Positions 28,591-38,507 of a stretch of DNA of 64,000 nucleotides are shown here, in pieces. The position numbers were made by a program, and so were the translations under genes. Origin of the DNA: Lentisphaeraceae bacterium (GTDB lineage Bacteria; Verrucomicrobiota; Kiritimatiellia; RFP12; DVOR01); the NCBI GenBank assembly GCA_004555175.1, contig SFJE01000003.1, positions 1,914-65,913 of the forward strand, in the 5' to 3' direction. The notes under the pieces are model-generated. The model made no database searches. It saw only the letters and a list, made by a program, of their open reading frames with translations, and had not been told where the DNA came from. The first letter of the stretch is position 1, and the number at the start of each line of letters is the position of its first letter.

Positions 28591-28790
28591 CGCGCGCAAA
28601 TTATGGTAAGGGCGGGAGCGGGCTAATGGAGCTTGCGCTGCACAACGATTCCTCTCGCAACGTGCCGAAGGTGCCCCTCACGTGGGCACAGCTCGCACCG
28701 TACGCGAGCGCAGCGAGCCCCGCTATTTGACGCAGGGGCGGAAGTCCGCTATAATGCGCGCGTTTGTATCTCATTAGAAGGATAGTAGCT

Positions 28791-29354
28791 ATGTATACCG
28801 CTTCCGATCTGAAGAAGGGCCTCAAGATTATGTTTGAGGATCAGCCCTGGATTATTACGGATTTCGACTTCTCCAAGCCTGGTAAGGGCCAAGCCATCTA
28901 CAACTGCAAGTTGCGCAATATGCTCAACGGCTCGGGCAAGAGCTGCTCGTTCCGCTCGAACGACCGCTTTGAGAAGCCCGACCTGGCGCAGATGCCCTTG
29001 GTCTTCTCCTACGAAGACAACGGTACCTACATCTTCAATGACGAGGATTACAACGAGATCCGCGTCTCCAAGGAGGTCCTGGGCAACAAGACCTACTTCC
29101 TGACCGACGGTCTGGAAGTCGATGCCCTGCTCTACGAAGAGAATGTCATTGACGTGGAACTTCCCTCCTTCATCGAGCGCAAGGTCATCAAGTGCGACCC
29201 GGGCGTGCGTGGCAATACCGCCGCCGGCAAGGTCACCAAGCCCGGCACCGTCGAGGGTGGCTACGAACTCCCCGTGCCCCTCTTCATCAATGAGGGCGAC
29301 CTCATCCGCATCGACACGCGCACCGGCGAGTATGCCGACCGCGTCAAGGCCTAA
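28791..29354 (+). CDS. efp: Elongation factor P
   Basis: 188 aa. The translation MYTASDLKKGLKI..DFSKPGKGQA is the KOW-like N-terminal domain of EF-P with the modified-lysine loop (KPGKG). A TATAAT at ~28745 lies upstream. Confidence 0.95.
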   Translation: MYTASDLKKGLKIMFEDQPWIITDFDFSKPGKGQAIYNCKLRNMLNGSGKSCSFRSNDRFEKPDLAQMPLVFSYEDNGTYIFNDEDYNEIRVSKEVLGNKTYFLTDGLEVDALLYEENVIDVELPSFIERKVIKCDPGVRGNTAAGKVTKPGTVEGGYELPVPLFINEGDLIRIDTRTGEYADRVKA

Positions 29355-29380
29355 CCCCCCAGTCGCCCAAAGGAGCGCTA

Positions 29381-30132
29381 TGGCCAAGCAAGACCTCCCC
29401 AACCTCCAAGACGTCTCTCGCGTGCCCGAGGAACTGCTCCCCGTTTTGCACTGGTGGCAGGATAAGGGTCCCAAGACCCTCGCCTTCACCGCCGCCGGGC
29501 TCCTCGTCGCCGCCGCCATTTTCTACGGCGTGCGCCAGCGCGAAGCCAAGCAGGACGTCACTGTGCAGAATCTCGCCTTCGCCACTCAGGCCGAAGAGTT
29601 CAGCACCGTTGTCAATGCCGGAGGCCAGGCCGCCGATCTCGCGCGCCTCGATCAGGCCCGCGCGCTCTACGCCGCTGGGGACTACGAGGGCGCCCTCGCT
29701 GCCTATGAGGCCGCCTGCAAGCGCCTCGACGATCCGGCCCTCGTCGACATCGCCCGCCTTGGCCGCGCCCGCACCCTTGAAGCGCTCGACCGTCTGGACG
29801 AGGCCCTCGCCGCCGTCACCGAGCTTGAAGCCACCGTGGCTGCCAGCTCCGTGCCGCACTACCTGGCCGGCGAAGTGCCGATGGCCAAGGCCATCATCCT
29901 TTGCCGCCAGGGCGACAAGGCCGCCGCCAAGGCCGCCCTCGCGCCGATCCTCTCGGCCGTTGAGCCCTCGCCCCTGGCCAAGTACGCCCCTCAGGCCGAG
30001 CGCCTTGCAAAGATTATCGACGCCTACGCGCCCAAGAGCCTCTTTGATAAGGCCGCTGACGTGACCCCCGCCGCCCCGGCCCCCGCGCCTGAAGCGGCCC
30101 CGGCTGCGCCCGCTCCAACTCCGGCGCAGTAA
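29381..30132 (+). CDS. Membrane-anchored TPR-like protein (YfgM/UPF0070-like topology)
   Basis: Single TM helix followed by an Ala-rich TPR-like region and a Pro/Ala-rich tail. An ATG with upstream AAAGGAG lies inside the longer ORF that opens at 29122. Confidence 0.45.
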
Positions 30133-30154
30133 GCGCAGAACACGCGGAATAATC

Positions 30155-30195
30155 AATCGGGCAGACCCCTAGGGGCCTGCCCGATTTGTTTAGAT
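30155..30195. terminator. Bidirectional rho-independent terminator between the yfgM-like gene and mrdA
   Basis: Hairpin CGGGCAGACCCCTAGGGGCCTGCCCG flanked by ATTTGTTT on the plus strand and ATTGATTATT on the minus strand. Confidence 0.7.
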
Positions 30196-30263
30196 GCGAT
30201 GGCGGGGCCGAAGGCCCATCCGCCATCTCTCATCCATCCTCCGCTCGCTCCGCGAACACGGCT

Positions 30264-32168
30264 TTAATCTTGGAGCGTTTCGTCTTCCACCGAAAGTGTG
30301 GCGGAGGCCTGCGCACGAAAATGTTCGGCGAGGACGCGGCGGACAATTGGGCCGGCGTCGCGGCCGCCGCCAATGCCATTATCGAGCATTGCGCAGACGA
30401 CAATTTCGGGCGATTCCACCGGTGCAAAGGCCACCGACCAAACGTGCTTGCGCTTGACGCCGCGATCGATATACTCGGCGGTGCCCGTCTTGCCGGCCAC
30501 GCGCACGCCCTCAACTTGCATCGTCTGGCCTGTGCCGCGATCGACCACCATCTCCATCCCCTCGATGACCGCGCGCAAGGTCTCTGCGCCCCAAGGCAAG
30601 CGGCGCTGGAGTTCGCCCTCCGGCCCAAAGGCCACCAGGCGCGGCCGGTAGACTGCTCCGCCCGCGGCCAAAGCCGCCACGCCGTGGGCCACCTGCAGGG
30701 GCGTGGCCGTTACAAAGCCTTGACCGATAGCGCATTGTGCGGTGTCGGCCGGGGTCCAAATGCCCTCGCCCGGGCGGGAGAAGTGCGCGCGCTTCCACTC
30801 GGCACTGGGCATCAACCCGGCCGCCTCGCCTGCAAGGTCGATGCCCGTGCGCTCGCCAAAGCCGGCTTGGCGGGCGGTGGCGGCGATGGCCTCCATTCCG
30901 ATGCGCGTGCCCAAGGTGCAGAAGTAGGGATTGCACGACTTCATCAGCGCTTCGCGCAGGTTCAGTTCGCCGTGGCCGTACTTGTAATGGCAGCGGAGGC
31001 GGCAACCGAAGTCGGAGAAGAGGCCCGTGCACTCGAAGAGGGTCTCGGGGTCGAAGCGCTGCTCCTGGGCGGCGATGGCGACGAAGGGCTTAAAGACCGA
31101 GCCCGGGGAGTACTGGGCCTGAATGGCGCGGTTGAAGAGCGGCTTGTCGGGATTGTCGATGAGCTGCTGCCAGGCGGAGCGGGAGATGGATGGGATAAAG
31201 GCATTCAGGTCGTAGGTCGGGGCCGAGGCGAGAACCAAGACATCGCCATTACGCGGATCGAGGGCCACCACGGCGCCCGGGCGCCCGGCAAGGGCCGCCT
31301 CAGCCGCGCGCTGGAGGGGAAGGGAGAGGGTAAGGGTGAGGTCACGCCCCTGTTCGGCGTGGCGGCGGACCCAGCGCTCGCGGGTATAGACGCGCGAATC
31401 GACGCGGAGCATCACCTCGCCGCTATTGCCGGCGAGAAGGTAATCGTAGTGGCGCTCAAGGCCGGTACGCCCACGCGGATCAGGCAATCGGTAGTCCCAC
31501 AGTGTGCGCTCGACCGTCGCTTCGGTACGCTCGCCCACATAGCCCAGGGCGTGAGCGGCGAGGGCGCCATTAGGGTAAATGCGCCGGGGCATCGGGCGAA
31601 CCTCGACCCCTGGGAGCTCCTCGGCCCACTCGGAGAGGTAGGCCACCGTGCGAAAGTCCACATCGCGCCAAGCCACCAGGGGAATGGGGCGAGATTCGTT
31701 GACATGGCGGGCAACCGCTTCGCGCGAGACTTGGCGAACCAGGCCGAGGCGTTCGGCGAGTTGATCGATGAGCGAATCGACGGCGAGGATGGTGTTGCGC
31801 CAAGCGCCGGGCTGGCTGAGTTCCTCGCAGTAGATAATCACCTCGTAGGATGGACGGTTGTCGGCCAACACCTCGCCATGGCGGTCAAGGATGCGCCCTC
31901 GCAGGCCTGGCACCTCCACCCGGCGCAGACTCTGGCGCTCCTTCACGCCATCATAGCGCATATTCTCACGCACCTGCACCCGCCACAGACGCGCGGTCAA
32001 CACCCCAAAGCCTGCCAAAAAGCACACCAGCAGCAGCCAGAGCGTCCACCCGTGGACCACACTCGCCTGCGAGGCTTCAATTTGCATGGCCCAGACTCTC
32101 CTCCTGCTTGGGCTTGAGCACCCGGAAATCAGCCCGACGGGCCAGCGCAAAGGCCGCCGCGCCCCCAA
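30264..32168 (-). CDS. mrdA: Penicillin-binding protein 2 (peptidoglycan D,D-transpeptidase MrdA)
   Basis: 634 aa. PBP dimerisation domain plus transpeptidase motifs (S..K: SVFKPF; SGN; KTG). Confidence 0.9.
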   Translation of the reverse strand: MGARRPLRWPVGLISGCSSPSRRRVWAMQIEASQASVVHGWTLWLLLVCFLAGFGVLTARLWRVQVRENMRYDGVKERQSLRRVEVPGLRGRILDRHGEVLADNRPSYEVIIYCEELSQPGAWRNTILAVDSLIDQLAERLGLVRQVSREAVARHVNESRPIPLVAWRDVDFRTVAYLSEWAEELPGVEVRPMPRRIYPNGALAAHALGYVGERTEATVERTLWDYRLPDPRGRTGLERHYDYLLAGNSGEVMLRVDSRVYTRERWVRRHAEQGRDLTLTLSLPLQRAAEAALAGRPGAVVALDPRNGDVLVLASAPTYDLNAFIPSISRSAWQQLIDNPDKPLFNRAIQAQYSPGSVFKPFVAIAAQEQRFDPETLFECTGLFSDFGCRLRCHYKYGHGELNLREALMKSCNPYFCTLGTRIGMEAIAATARQAGFGERTGIDLAGEAAGLMPSAEWKRAHFSRPGEGIWTPADTAQCAIGQGFVTATPLQVAHGVAALAAGGAVYRPRLVAFGPEGELQRRLPWGAETLRAVIEGMEMVVDRGTGQTMQVEGVRVAGKTGTAEYIDRGVKRKHVWSVAFAPVESPEIVVCAMLDNGIGGGRDAGPIVRRVLAEHFRAQASATLSVEDETLQD

Positions 32169-32625
32169 ACGCCCCCGCGCAAGGCGTGGCCAAGAGTCCG
32201 GTCAAGTTCGGCGCGAGCACCTCGGCCGACACCCCCGGCCAGCACGCGCTCCACGCCCATACCCATAGCCGGAAGATCGGCACCAGCGCCACGCCCCAGA
32301 GCAACCCGTGTAGCGTGCCCACCGTCTCGGGAAAGTTATCGCGGAAGAGGCGAATGCCACCCCAGATCATCAAGAGAAAGAGAATACACGTGCCCGGCGG
32401 CAAACCCCAATCGCACTCCAACAGCGCGCCGCCCCAAATGGCCACCCACGCGCCCAAGCGCGGTCCGCGCGTGGCCATCCAATACCCCAACCACGCCGGC
32501 ACCACCGCCAGTTGAACCGCCGGCGTACTCGGCAACAGGCGATTGAGCGCCCCCACGAGCACCGCGGCAAAGAGCGTCAGCCAGACCGCGTCCCACGCCC
32601 GCTCACTCGTTCCCATCGTCCTCAC
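32077..32625 (-). CDS. mreD: Rod shape-determining protein MreD
   Basis: Small polytopic membrane protein immediately downstream of mreC. The assignment rests on position and hydrophobicity. Confidence 0.7.
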   Translation of the reverse strand: MRTMGTSERAWDAVWLTLFAAVLVGALNRLLPSTPAVQLAVVPAWLGYWMATRGPRLGAWVAIWGGALLECDWGLPPGTCILFLLMIWGGIRLFRDNFPETVGTLHGLLWGVALVPIFRLWVWAWSACWPGVSAEVLAPNLTGLLATPCAGAFGGAAAFALARRADFRVLKPKQEESLGHAN

Positions 32626-33460
32626 TCTCTAGGCGCTGCGGGGGCGTCACCATCACAAAGGCCGTTCGCAGAAGGATTGGATCCACCGCCGGGGCCACAA
32701 GCACCTCGTTGAGCAGTCCGGTCTCCTCGCGCTGCACCGTGACCACACGTCCAATCAATAACCCGGCCGGAAAGAGGCCGCCGCTCCCCTCCGTAAAGAC
32801 CTCCTGCCCCTCGCGCACCGCAGCGTGCTTGCCCACAAAGCGCATCACCAGCGGCCGAGCCACATAGAGCGCCTCCTCCGTGCTATCGCGCCCGAAGTCC
32901 AAGCCCTCGCTTCCCTGCACCACCCCCTTGATCCCCCCGGGAAGCTCCACCGCCACGCGGCAGAGCGGATCGGAGAGCAAAATCACTTCGCAGCGGTGGC
33001 GCGTGACACCTGCGGCCACACGGCCAACAAGTCCCTCGGGCACCACCACCGCATCCCCCGCCTTCACCCCCTGCGCCGACCCCACGGCCAAACTCAGCCG
33101 CGGCCACACGCCCAATCCGCCGCCATGCGCCCATACCGGCGCGGCAACTACCTTCGCTGGCTGCGCGCGTTGCCAAGCCAGGGACGCACGCAGCGCGCCA
33201 TTCTCCTCGGCCAAGCGCTCGGCCTGGGCGAGCATCACGCGCAGCCGCTCGATTTCGGCTGCCTGCGTTTCGCGCACCGGACCATCGCACAGTCCGCGCC
33301 AAGCAGCCCCCAGCCGGCCCGAGACCTGCTGGCCAACGGCCGCCATCGCACGCTGGAAGGGATAAAGGATTTCTGCACAAAAGCCCCGCACCTGCCGATT
33401 CGCCCCCACGAACAGCAGCACGCCAAGGGCAGCCAAAAACCAAGGCCAAGTGCGCTTCAT
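32603..33460 (-). CDS. mreC: Rod shape-determining protein MreC
   Basis: N-terminal TM helix, a coiled coil, and the MreC beta domain (G..VV...G.VG.V). Confidence 0.85.
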   Translation of the reverse strand: MKRTWPWFLAALGVLLFVGANRQVRGFCAEILYPFQRAMAAVGQQVSGRLGAAWRGLCDGPVRETQAAEIERLRVMLAQAERLAEENGALRASLAWQRAQPAKVVAAPVWAHGGGLGVWPRLSLAVGSAQGVKAGDAVVVPEGLVGRVAAGVTRHRCEVILLSDPLCRVAVELPGGIKGVVQGSEGLDFGRDSTEEALYVARPLVMRFVGKHAAVREGQEVFTEGSGGLFPAGLLIGRVVTVQREETGLLNEVLVAPAVDPILLRTAFVMVTPPQRLESEDDGNE

Positions 33461-33581
33461 ATCAGCTCGCTACGCCCGCGATGACAGAGGACGAAAAGAA
33501 GATGACAGAGGCCCCGGTCAATATCCGTCGCGGCACGCGTCCTGTCATCTGTTCTCTCCACTCGCCACACGCGAGCACACC
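33461..33581. repeat. Variant repeat element: GATGACAGAG x2, core variant CCGTCGCGGCACGCG, and CTGTCATCTG arm
   Basis: Direct reading. It lies in the mreB-mreC intergenic region. Confidence 0.55.
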
Positions 33582-34616
33582 TTAGTGGCGGCGGGCCAGA
33601 TGTTCTTTGTAGAAGTCGAGCTCTTCGAGCATACGCCCGGTGCCGTTGGCCACGCCCGAGAGGGGGTCGTCGGCCACAATCACGGGCAGGCCGGTCTGGG
33701 CGGCAATAAGGCGATCGAGCCCGCGCAGAAGCGAGGAGCCGCCGGAGAGGACGATCCCGCGGTCAACCAAGTCGCTCGAGAGTTCGGGCTTAGCCTCGGC
33801 CAAGAGGTTGCGCACGGCATCGACGATGGAGGTGACCGGGTCCTTAAGCGACTCGCGGATTTCTTCGGAGGTGACCAGGAGGGTCTTGGGCAGGCCGGCA
33901 ACCAAGTCGCGCCCGCGCACTTCCATCGTCATCTCCTCCGCCAACGGATAGGCCGAGCCGATGGAGACCTTGATATTCTCGGCCATCCGCTCGCCAATAA
34001 GCAGGTTGTAGACGCGGCGCATATACTGGATGATGCACTCATCCATCGTGTCGCCCCCCACGCGCACGCTCTTGGCCTGCACAATGCCCGAGAGCGAAAT
34101 CAACGCCACCTCGCAGGTGCCCCCGCCAATATCCACAATCAAATTACCCGCAGGCTCGGAGACCGGAAGCCCCACGCCAATGGCCGCAGCCATTGGCTCC
34201 TCGATTAGCGTAACATCGCGCGCGCCGGCGTGCTTGGCCGCCTCTTCCACCGCGCGCCACTCCACCTCGGTAATCTCCGAGGGCACCGCAATCACCACAC
34301 GCGGACGCAACACCTTGTGCCCGCGCGCCTTGGAAATAAAGTAACGAATCATGGCTTCGGTGATGTCAAAGTCCGCAATCACGCCCGACTTCATCGGCCG
34401 CGCAGCCTCAATCCCCGCCGGCGTGCGCCCGAGCATCCGCTTAGCCTCTTCCCCCACCGCCAGAATCTTCTTCGTGCCCTTCTGCATCGCGACCACCGAG
34501 GGCTCGCGAATGACCACGCCACGCCCCTTCATAAAGATCAAGGTATTGGCCGTCCCAAGGTCAATTCCAATGTCGCACGAAAGCAAGTCCCGAATATGCT
34601 TAAACAGCCCGGCCAT
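33582..34616 (-). CDS. mreB: Rod shape-determining actin-like protein MreB
   Basis: Motifs IGIDLGTANTLI and the actin-like ATPase fold. ATG 34616 (MAGLFKH..) is the preferred start. Confidence 0.95.
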   Translation of the reverse strand: MAGLFKHIRDLLSCDIGIDLGTANTLIFMKGRGVVIREPSVVAMQKGTKKILAVGEEAKRMLGRTPAGIEAARPMKSGVIADFDITEAMIRYFISKARGHKVLRPRVVIAVPSEITEVEWRAVEEAAKHAGARDVTLIEEPMAAAIGVGLPVSEPAGNLIVDIGGGTCEVALISLSGIVQAKSVRVGGDTMDECIIQYMRRVYNLLIGERMAENIKVSIGSAYPLAEEMTMEVRGRDLVAGLPKTLLVTSEEIRESLKDPVTSIVDAVRNLLAEAKPELSSDLVDRGIVLSGGSSLLRGLDRLIAAQTGLPVIVADDPLSGVANGTGRMLEELDFYKEHLARRH

Positions 34617-34679
34617 AGCAGCTCCTTCAATAAAGATGCCTTTACGATACCATAAACCTTTGTCCCACGGCAACTAGCC

Positions 34680-34940
34680 AGCGGTTGGCTGCTAGCCGCG
34701 CTAAGGTGCTCGCTATCGCTCGCGTGAAGGCCGAGCGAAGCGAAGGCGCTATGCCAAAACGGTGAAGGCTGAGGCGCGCTAGGCCGGATCATCCGGAGAT
34801 TCCGGAGATTCCGGAGATTCCGGAGGCGGCCCGCCAATGGGGGACAGGGCGCGTTGGCCGGGGTGGAGCGCCCTGCGCTCCCGGGGTACAGGGCGAGCAA
34901 GTCCGAGCGAAGCGAAGGAGCTATGTCATCGCCCTGCCTA
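34680..34940. repeat. Composite repeat: module GAGCGAAGCGAAGG[C/A]GCTATG x2 flanking nonamer array CCGGAGATT x3 and block GGAGGCGGCCCGCCAATGGGGGACAGGG
   Basis: Near-identical modules to 17925-18110. Confidence 0.7.
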
Positions 34941-36248
34941 GGGGTTCGGGGGCGAGGAGCCCCCGGGCGCCCCGGCGCTGTTACAGAAGATCCACTGCGT
35001 AGGGCAAGGGGTGGCAAGGGCATCGGTAAAGGGGGCCACTTGGCCAACGGTGATGCCGGGCTCGAGGTAGAAGAAGACGGCGTAGGTTTTGCCGTCATTG
35101 ACATCCACGCGGTCCATCACCTCACGAATGGTCTGGGGGGTGACGCCGGGGTAACACTGGCGGGTGAGGGCGGGATCGGGCCCATCGACTGTCCAATCCT
35201 CAAGAATCTGGCAGAGCGTGGCCCGAACACCACCGCCCTCAGCCGGCGCGAGCTCGACCTCCCAAGGCTGAAAGACGCGCTTTTCGCGCACATTCCACGC
35301 CGCATCGGGCAGGAGCGCGCGGAGGGGAATCTGCCCCGGTTCGGGCGCGTCAATGACAAAGGCGCCCTGCTGCTCCAAGGCCACCAAGAGCCGCGCCAGG
35401 GGGATGCAATCGCGCACCGAAAGTTCGGGGGCGAAGCGCACGCACAGGAAGACATCGCGCGGATCCTCGGCTAACGCCTTGAGTTGTGCAAGGAGACCAT
35501 CGAGCGACTTCAGCGTCTCGGCGGAGATCTCCACGCGCTGGCGGTAGACGCGTGGCGTGGCCAACTTCTCCCACTTCAGGCGCACGACCATGCTCTGGCC
35601 GGCCACCATCCCCGCCTTGGCGCGGAACATCCCATAGGCCTGGCTCTTGGGCGCGGCGAAGGGAAGCCCCAAGACGGCCCCGGCCTCGGTGTACGCCGCG
35701 GCGATGGCAGCAGGCATCACATCATCGGCCGCGCACTGCCCCACAAAGGGGAACCCGCGTGCCGAGACCTCCTGCCCGGGGTTGGACCACTGGTCGTTCA
35801 CAAAGTCCGAGAGCGGCTGGAAGGGGGCGGTGGGAGCGGCCGCCGGGCGCATCGCCACGGTGACGCGCTCACCCTGGGCCAACGGCAAGCCTCGCTGGAG
35901 TTCGGCGGGTTTACCTTCGCTCAGCCCCACGGCGCGGAGGGCACGAGCCACGGTGGCCGGGCCATCCCAGGCCATTGCGATGCCCTCGTAGGCGCGGTCG
36001 CTCAGGGCACCCAGCAGGAAGAACTCCACCTCATAGTGCTCGCCTAGGCCTGTCAGCTCGGCCAGGAGGTAGACCTCGCCCGCCTCAGGCACGGCCACGC
36101 AGGTGGGCGAGATGACCTGACGCGCCTCGGGCAGGCCCTGCTGCCAGGTTGCCTTGGCCTCGGGGTGGGCAAAGGTGTAGGCCTGCGGCCCCTCTAGGGC
36201 CAAGGCTGCGCGCGTAACCATCAACAACATCAACCAAAAACGCTTCAT
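34938..36248 (-). CDS. Exported hypothetical protein (signal peptide MKRFWLMLLMVTRAALA)
   Basis: Long ORF with GC3 bias. ATG 36248 gives a signal peptide. The C-terminal end runs into the repeat element, so the stop is uncertain. Confidence 0.5.
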   Translation of the reverse strand: MKRFWLMLLMVTRAALALEGPQAYTFAHPEAKATWQQGLPEARQVISPTCVAVPEAGEVYLLAELTGLGEHYEVEFFLLGALSDRAYEGIAMAWDGPATVARALRAVGLSEGKPAELQRGLPLAQGERVTVAMRPAAAPTAPFQPLSDFVNDQWSNPGQEVSARGFPFVGQCAADDVMPAAIAAAYTEAGAVLGLPFAAPKSQAYGMFRAKAGMVAGQSMVVRLKWEKLATPRVYRQRVEISAETLKSLDGLLAQLKALAEDPRDVFLCVRFAPELSVRDCIPLARLLVALEQQGAFVIDAPEPGQIPLRALLPDAAWNVREKRVFQPWEVELAPAEGGGVRATLCQILEDWTVDGPDPALTRQCYPGVTPQTIREVMDRVDVNDGKTYAVFFYLEPGITVGQVAPFTDALATPCPTQWIFCNSAGAPGGSSPPNP

Positions 36249-36550
36249 CGTTCGCCTCCAGCGGCCCGACGATAGGCCACCACCATCCGCAAGGCCTCGG
36301 CCTTCGCATCGCCCTGGATGACCATCCGCCGCCAGGCGGCCACATCCTGCGCATTCAACTGCACGCCCAAGCGCACCTGCACCTCGGCGGCCACCTCGGC
36401 CACCGGCGTCTCCAGTGAAAGGGTCGCTGCCGCCGCGCGGTAGGGCGCACTCGGGCGCAAGGCCACCCAACGCGCCACCAACACCCCCGCCACGAGGAGC
36501 GCCCCCCACCCCACTGCAACGGCCACCACGCGTGCCCAGCCCTTAAGCAT
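36245..36550 (-). CDS. Small membrane-anchored hypothetical protein
   Basis: An ATG start followed by a TM helix. It overlaps its neighbours by a few nt. Confidence 0.35.
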   Translation of the reverse strand: MLKGWARVVAVAVGWGALLVAGVLVARWVALRPSAPYRAAAATLSLETPVAEVAAEVQVRLGVQLNAQDVAAWRRMVIQGDAKAEALRMVVAYRRAAGGER

Positions 36551-37232
36551 CGCGCGCCTCTTCAAGCATCGCCAAAATAATCCGCGCCGATTGGTCCGCC
36601 GCACGCTCCAAGAGATTATCGTAGGTTTCGGCCGCCTCATCATCGGCGCAGTCACTCATCGAGCGGATGACGAGGCAGGGCTTGCCGGCGGCAAAGGCCA
36701 CATGGGCAATCGCCGCCCCCTCCATCTCCACGCAATCAGGCGAAAATTGGGAGACAATCGCATCGCGCGTGACCCGGTCCGCCACAAAGCGGTCGCCCGA
36801 GGCGATTCGCCCCACGCGCACTTGCCCCCCAACCACCCCCGGCCGCGCACACGCCGCCTGCGCCCACATAAGTAGCCGCGCATCGCCCGGGAAGAACTGC
36901 TGCGCGGGGAAGTACTTAAGCATAATCGGGTCCTGATCGTGGAAGCAGAGCTCGCGAGAGAGGACCACATCCAGCGTCCGCAACCCCGCACCCGTCGCCC
37001 CAGCGATGCCCACATTGACCACACAGTCGCAGCCCTGCGCGTAAAGCAACCAGGTGGCGCACGCAGCGGCATTTACCTTCCCGATCCCGCAGCAAGCCAC
37101 CACCACCCGGTGCCCGCGCAACTGCCCAAAGAGAAACTCCGTTCCCAACGCCGAGACGGCCTGGTCAACGGTCATCTGCTCGCGCAAGAGCGCCACCTCG
37201 CGATCCAACGCGCCCAATATGCCCCAAATCAT
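36543..37232 (-). CDS. mtnN: 5'-methylthioadenosine/S-adenosylhomocysteine nucleosidase
   Basis: PNP/UDP phosphorylase fold motifs (GIGKVNAA, EMEGAA). Confidence 0.8.
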   Translation of the reverse strand: MIWGILGALDREVALLREQMTVDQAVSALGTEFLFGQLRGHRVVVACCGIGKVNAAACATWLLYAQGCDCVVNVGIAGATGAGLRTLDVVLSRELCFHDQDPIMLKYFPAQQFFPGDARLLMWAQAACARPGVVGGQVRVGRIASGDRFVADRVTRDAIVSQFSPDCVEMEGAAIAHVAFAAGKPCLVIRSMSDCADDEAAETYDNLLERAADQSARIILAMLEEARDA

Positions 37233-37332
37233 CGCAATCTCCTTTCCAAGAACGTGAAACGCCGGCATTATAACACAGCCCTGCCCCCTGCGCAGGGCGC
37301 CGGGACGCTGCGCGCGTGAAACGGGTGAAGGG

Positions 37333-38454
37333 CTATGCGTCTAGTTCTGCGCGCCAAGCTTCGGTGCCGCAGAGTTTGGTCATCCACTCGGGGCGGGCTT
37401 GGGGATGGGCGAAGAGGCGCTCGGGACCGTAGCGGCGGTGGAGGGTGCGCAGGAGGGCGCAAGTGACGGCCCAGGGGCGGAAGGTGCGCGCGTTGGTGAC
37501 GTGCAGGCGGATGGCACCTTGGTCGGGGGCTTGGGTGAAGTCGTGGAAGGTGATGCCGGGGAGGGCGAGGGCGTTGAGTTCGGCGGCGAGGCGCTCGCCC
37601 TCGAACCAGGGGGCGGAGAGGACGCGGAAGGCGTAGGCGGTGGCGCGGGCGATGTCGAGCTGCGGGAGGGCCTCGGCGAAGACGGTGGCCGGGTAGATGC
37701 GCGCAGTCTCCCAGGAACGGATGGCGGGAGAGGGGGGGATGAACTCGGGCACGGGCGGCCGCTCAAAGGGCGGACAAGGGGCGGTCATTGGCGCGGCCAG
37801 GTGAGGGAGACCGGAGAAGGCGGCGATTTCGGTGGGGAGGCGGCCGTGGACAAGGGGCAAGGCGCAGGGGGCCACGAAGGAGAAGTGCTCCGGCTCGGCC
37901 ACGGGGCCGTCTTCGATGGTGTGCCAGGGGATGGGGCGGTCGCAGACCAGGCAGGGGAGCTTGGCTTCGGCGCAGGCTTCGAGGGTGAGGAGCAGGGTGG
38001 CGAGGTAGGTGTAGCAACGCACGCCGAGGTCTTGGAGGTCGACGATGAGCAGGTCGAGCCCCGCGAGCATCTCGGGGGTGGGCTTGCGGTGCTGGCCGTA
38101 GAGGGAGTGGACGGGGATGCCCCAGAGCGGATGGGTGGCCGAGGCAGTGCGCTCGCCGGCGGCCGCCACGCCGAAGTAGCCGTGCTCGGGGCCAAAGAGG
38201 GCGCGCAAGTTCGCCCCAAAGACTCGCCGGCAGGCCTGCGCGGCGGTTTCGCCCGTGCTCAGGAGCGCAGCCTGGTGGGAGAGCAACCCCACGCGTAGCC
38301 TTCGATCGGCCGTGGCGAGCCAGGCCTCGATGCCGGCGTAGTTGGCTACGCCGGCATCAGCGGACAGCGGACAGCCGTTAGCTGCTAGCACGCGTGCCGC
38401 GACGGGCCGGCTAGCGGCAGAAACATCAAGGGGAGCACTCTCGACCATAGGCAT
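37333..38454 (-). CDS. DUF1343 family protein (NamZ-like exo-acetylmuramidase family)
   Basis: Motif LLSHQAAL...ALFGPEHGYFG typical of DUF1343. The N-terminal ~35 codons of the ORF are translated from the repeat element at 38345-38405, so the real start is probably internal. Confidence 0.65.
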   Translation of the reverse strand: MPMVESAPLDVSAASRPVAARVLAANGCPLSADAGVANYAGIEAWLATADRRLRVGLLSHQAALLSTGETAAQACRRVFGANLRALFGPEHGYFGVAAAGERTASATHPLWGIPVHSLYGQHRKPTPEMLAGLDLLIVDLQDLGVRCYTYLATLLLTLEACAEAKLPCLVCDRPIPWHTIEDGPVAEPEHFSFVAPCALPLVHGRLPTEIAAFSGLPHLAAPMTAPCPPFERPPVPEFIPPSPAIRSWETARIYPATVFAEALPQLDIARATAYAFRVLSAPWFEGERLAAELNALALPGITFHDFTQAPDQGAIRLHVTNARTFRPWAVTCALLRTLHRRYGPERLFAHPQARPEWMTKLCGTEAWRAELDA

Positions 38455-38507
38455 CTCCGTCGCGGAACGCGCGCTAACCGCTAGCAGCTAACCGCTATTT
38501 TTGCGGC
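38345..38507. repeat. Complete empty composite element: heptamers CAGCGGACAGCGGACAGCC+GTTAGCTGCTAGC, reverse core variant ACGCGTGCCGCGACGG, ~70-bp spacer, core CCGTCGCGGAACGCG (38467-38481), heptamers GCTAACCGCTAGCAGCTAACCGCTA
   Basis: Direct reading. Confidence 0.7.

Noticed and set aside
29122-29380. 5' extension of ORF 29122-30132 overlapping efp
   Set aside because: It is out of frame with the well-supported efp gene. An internal ATG at 29381 with an SD gives a sensible membrane-protein N-terminus.
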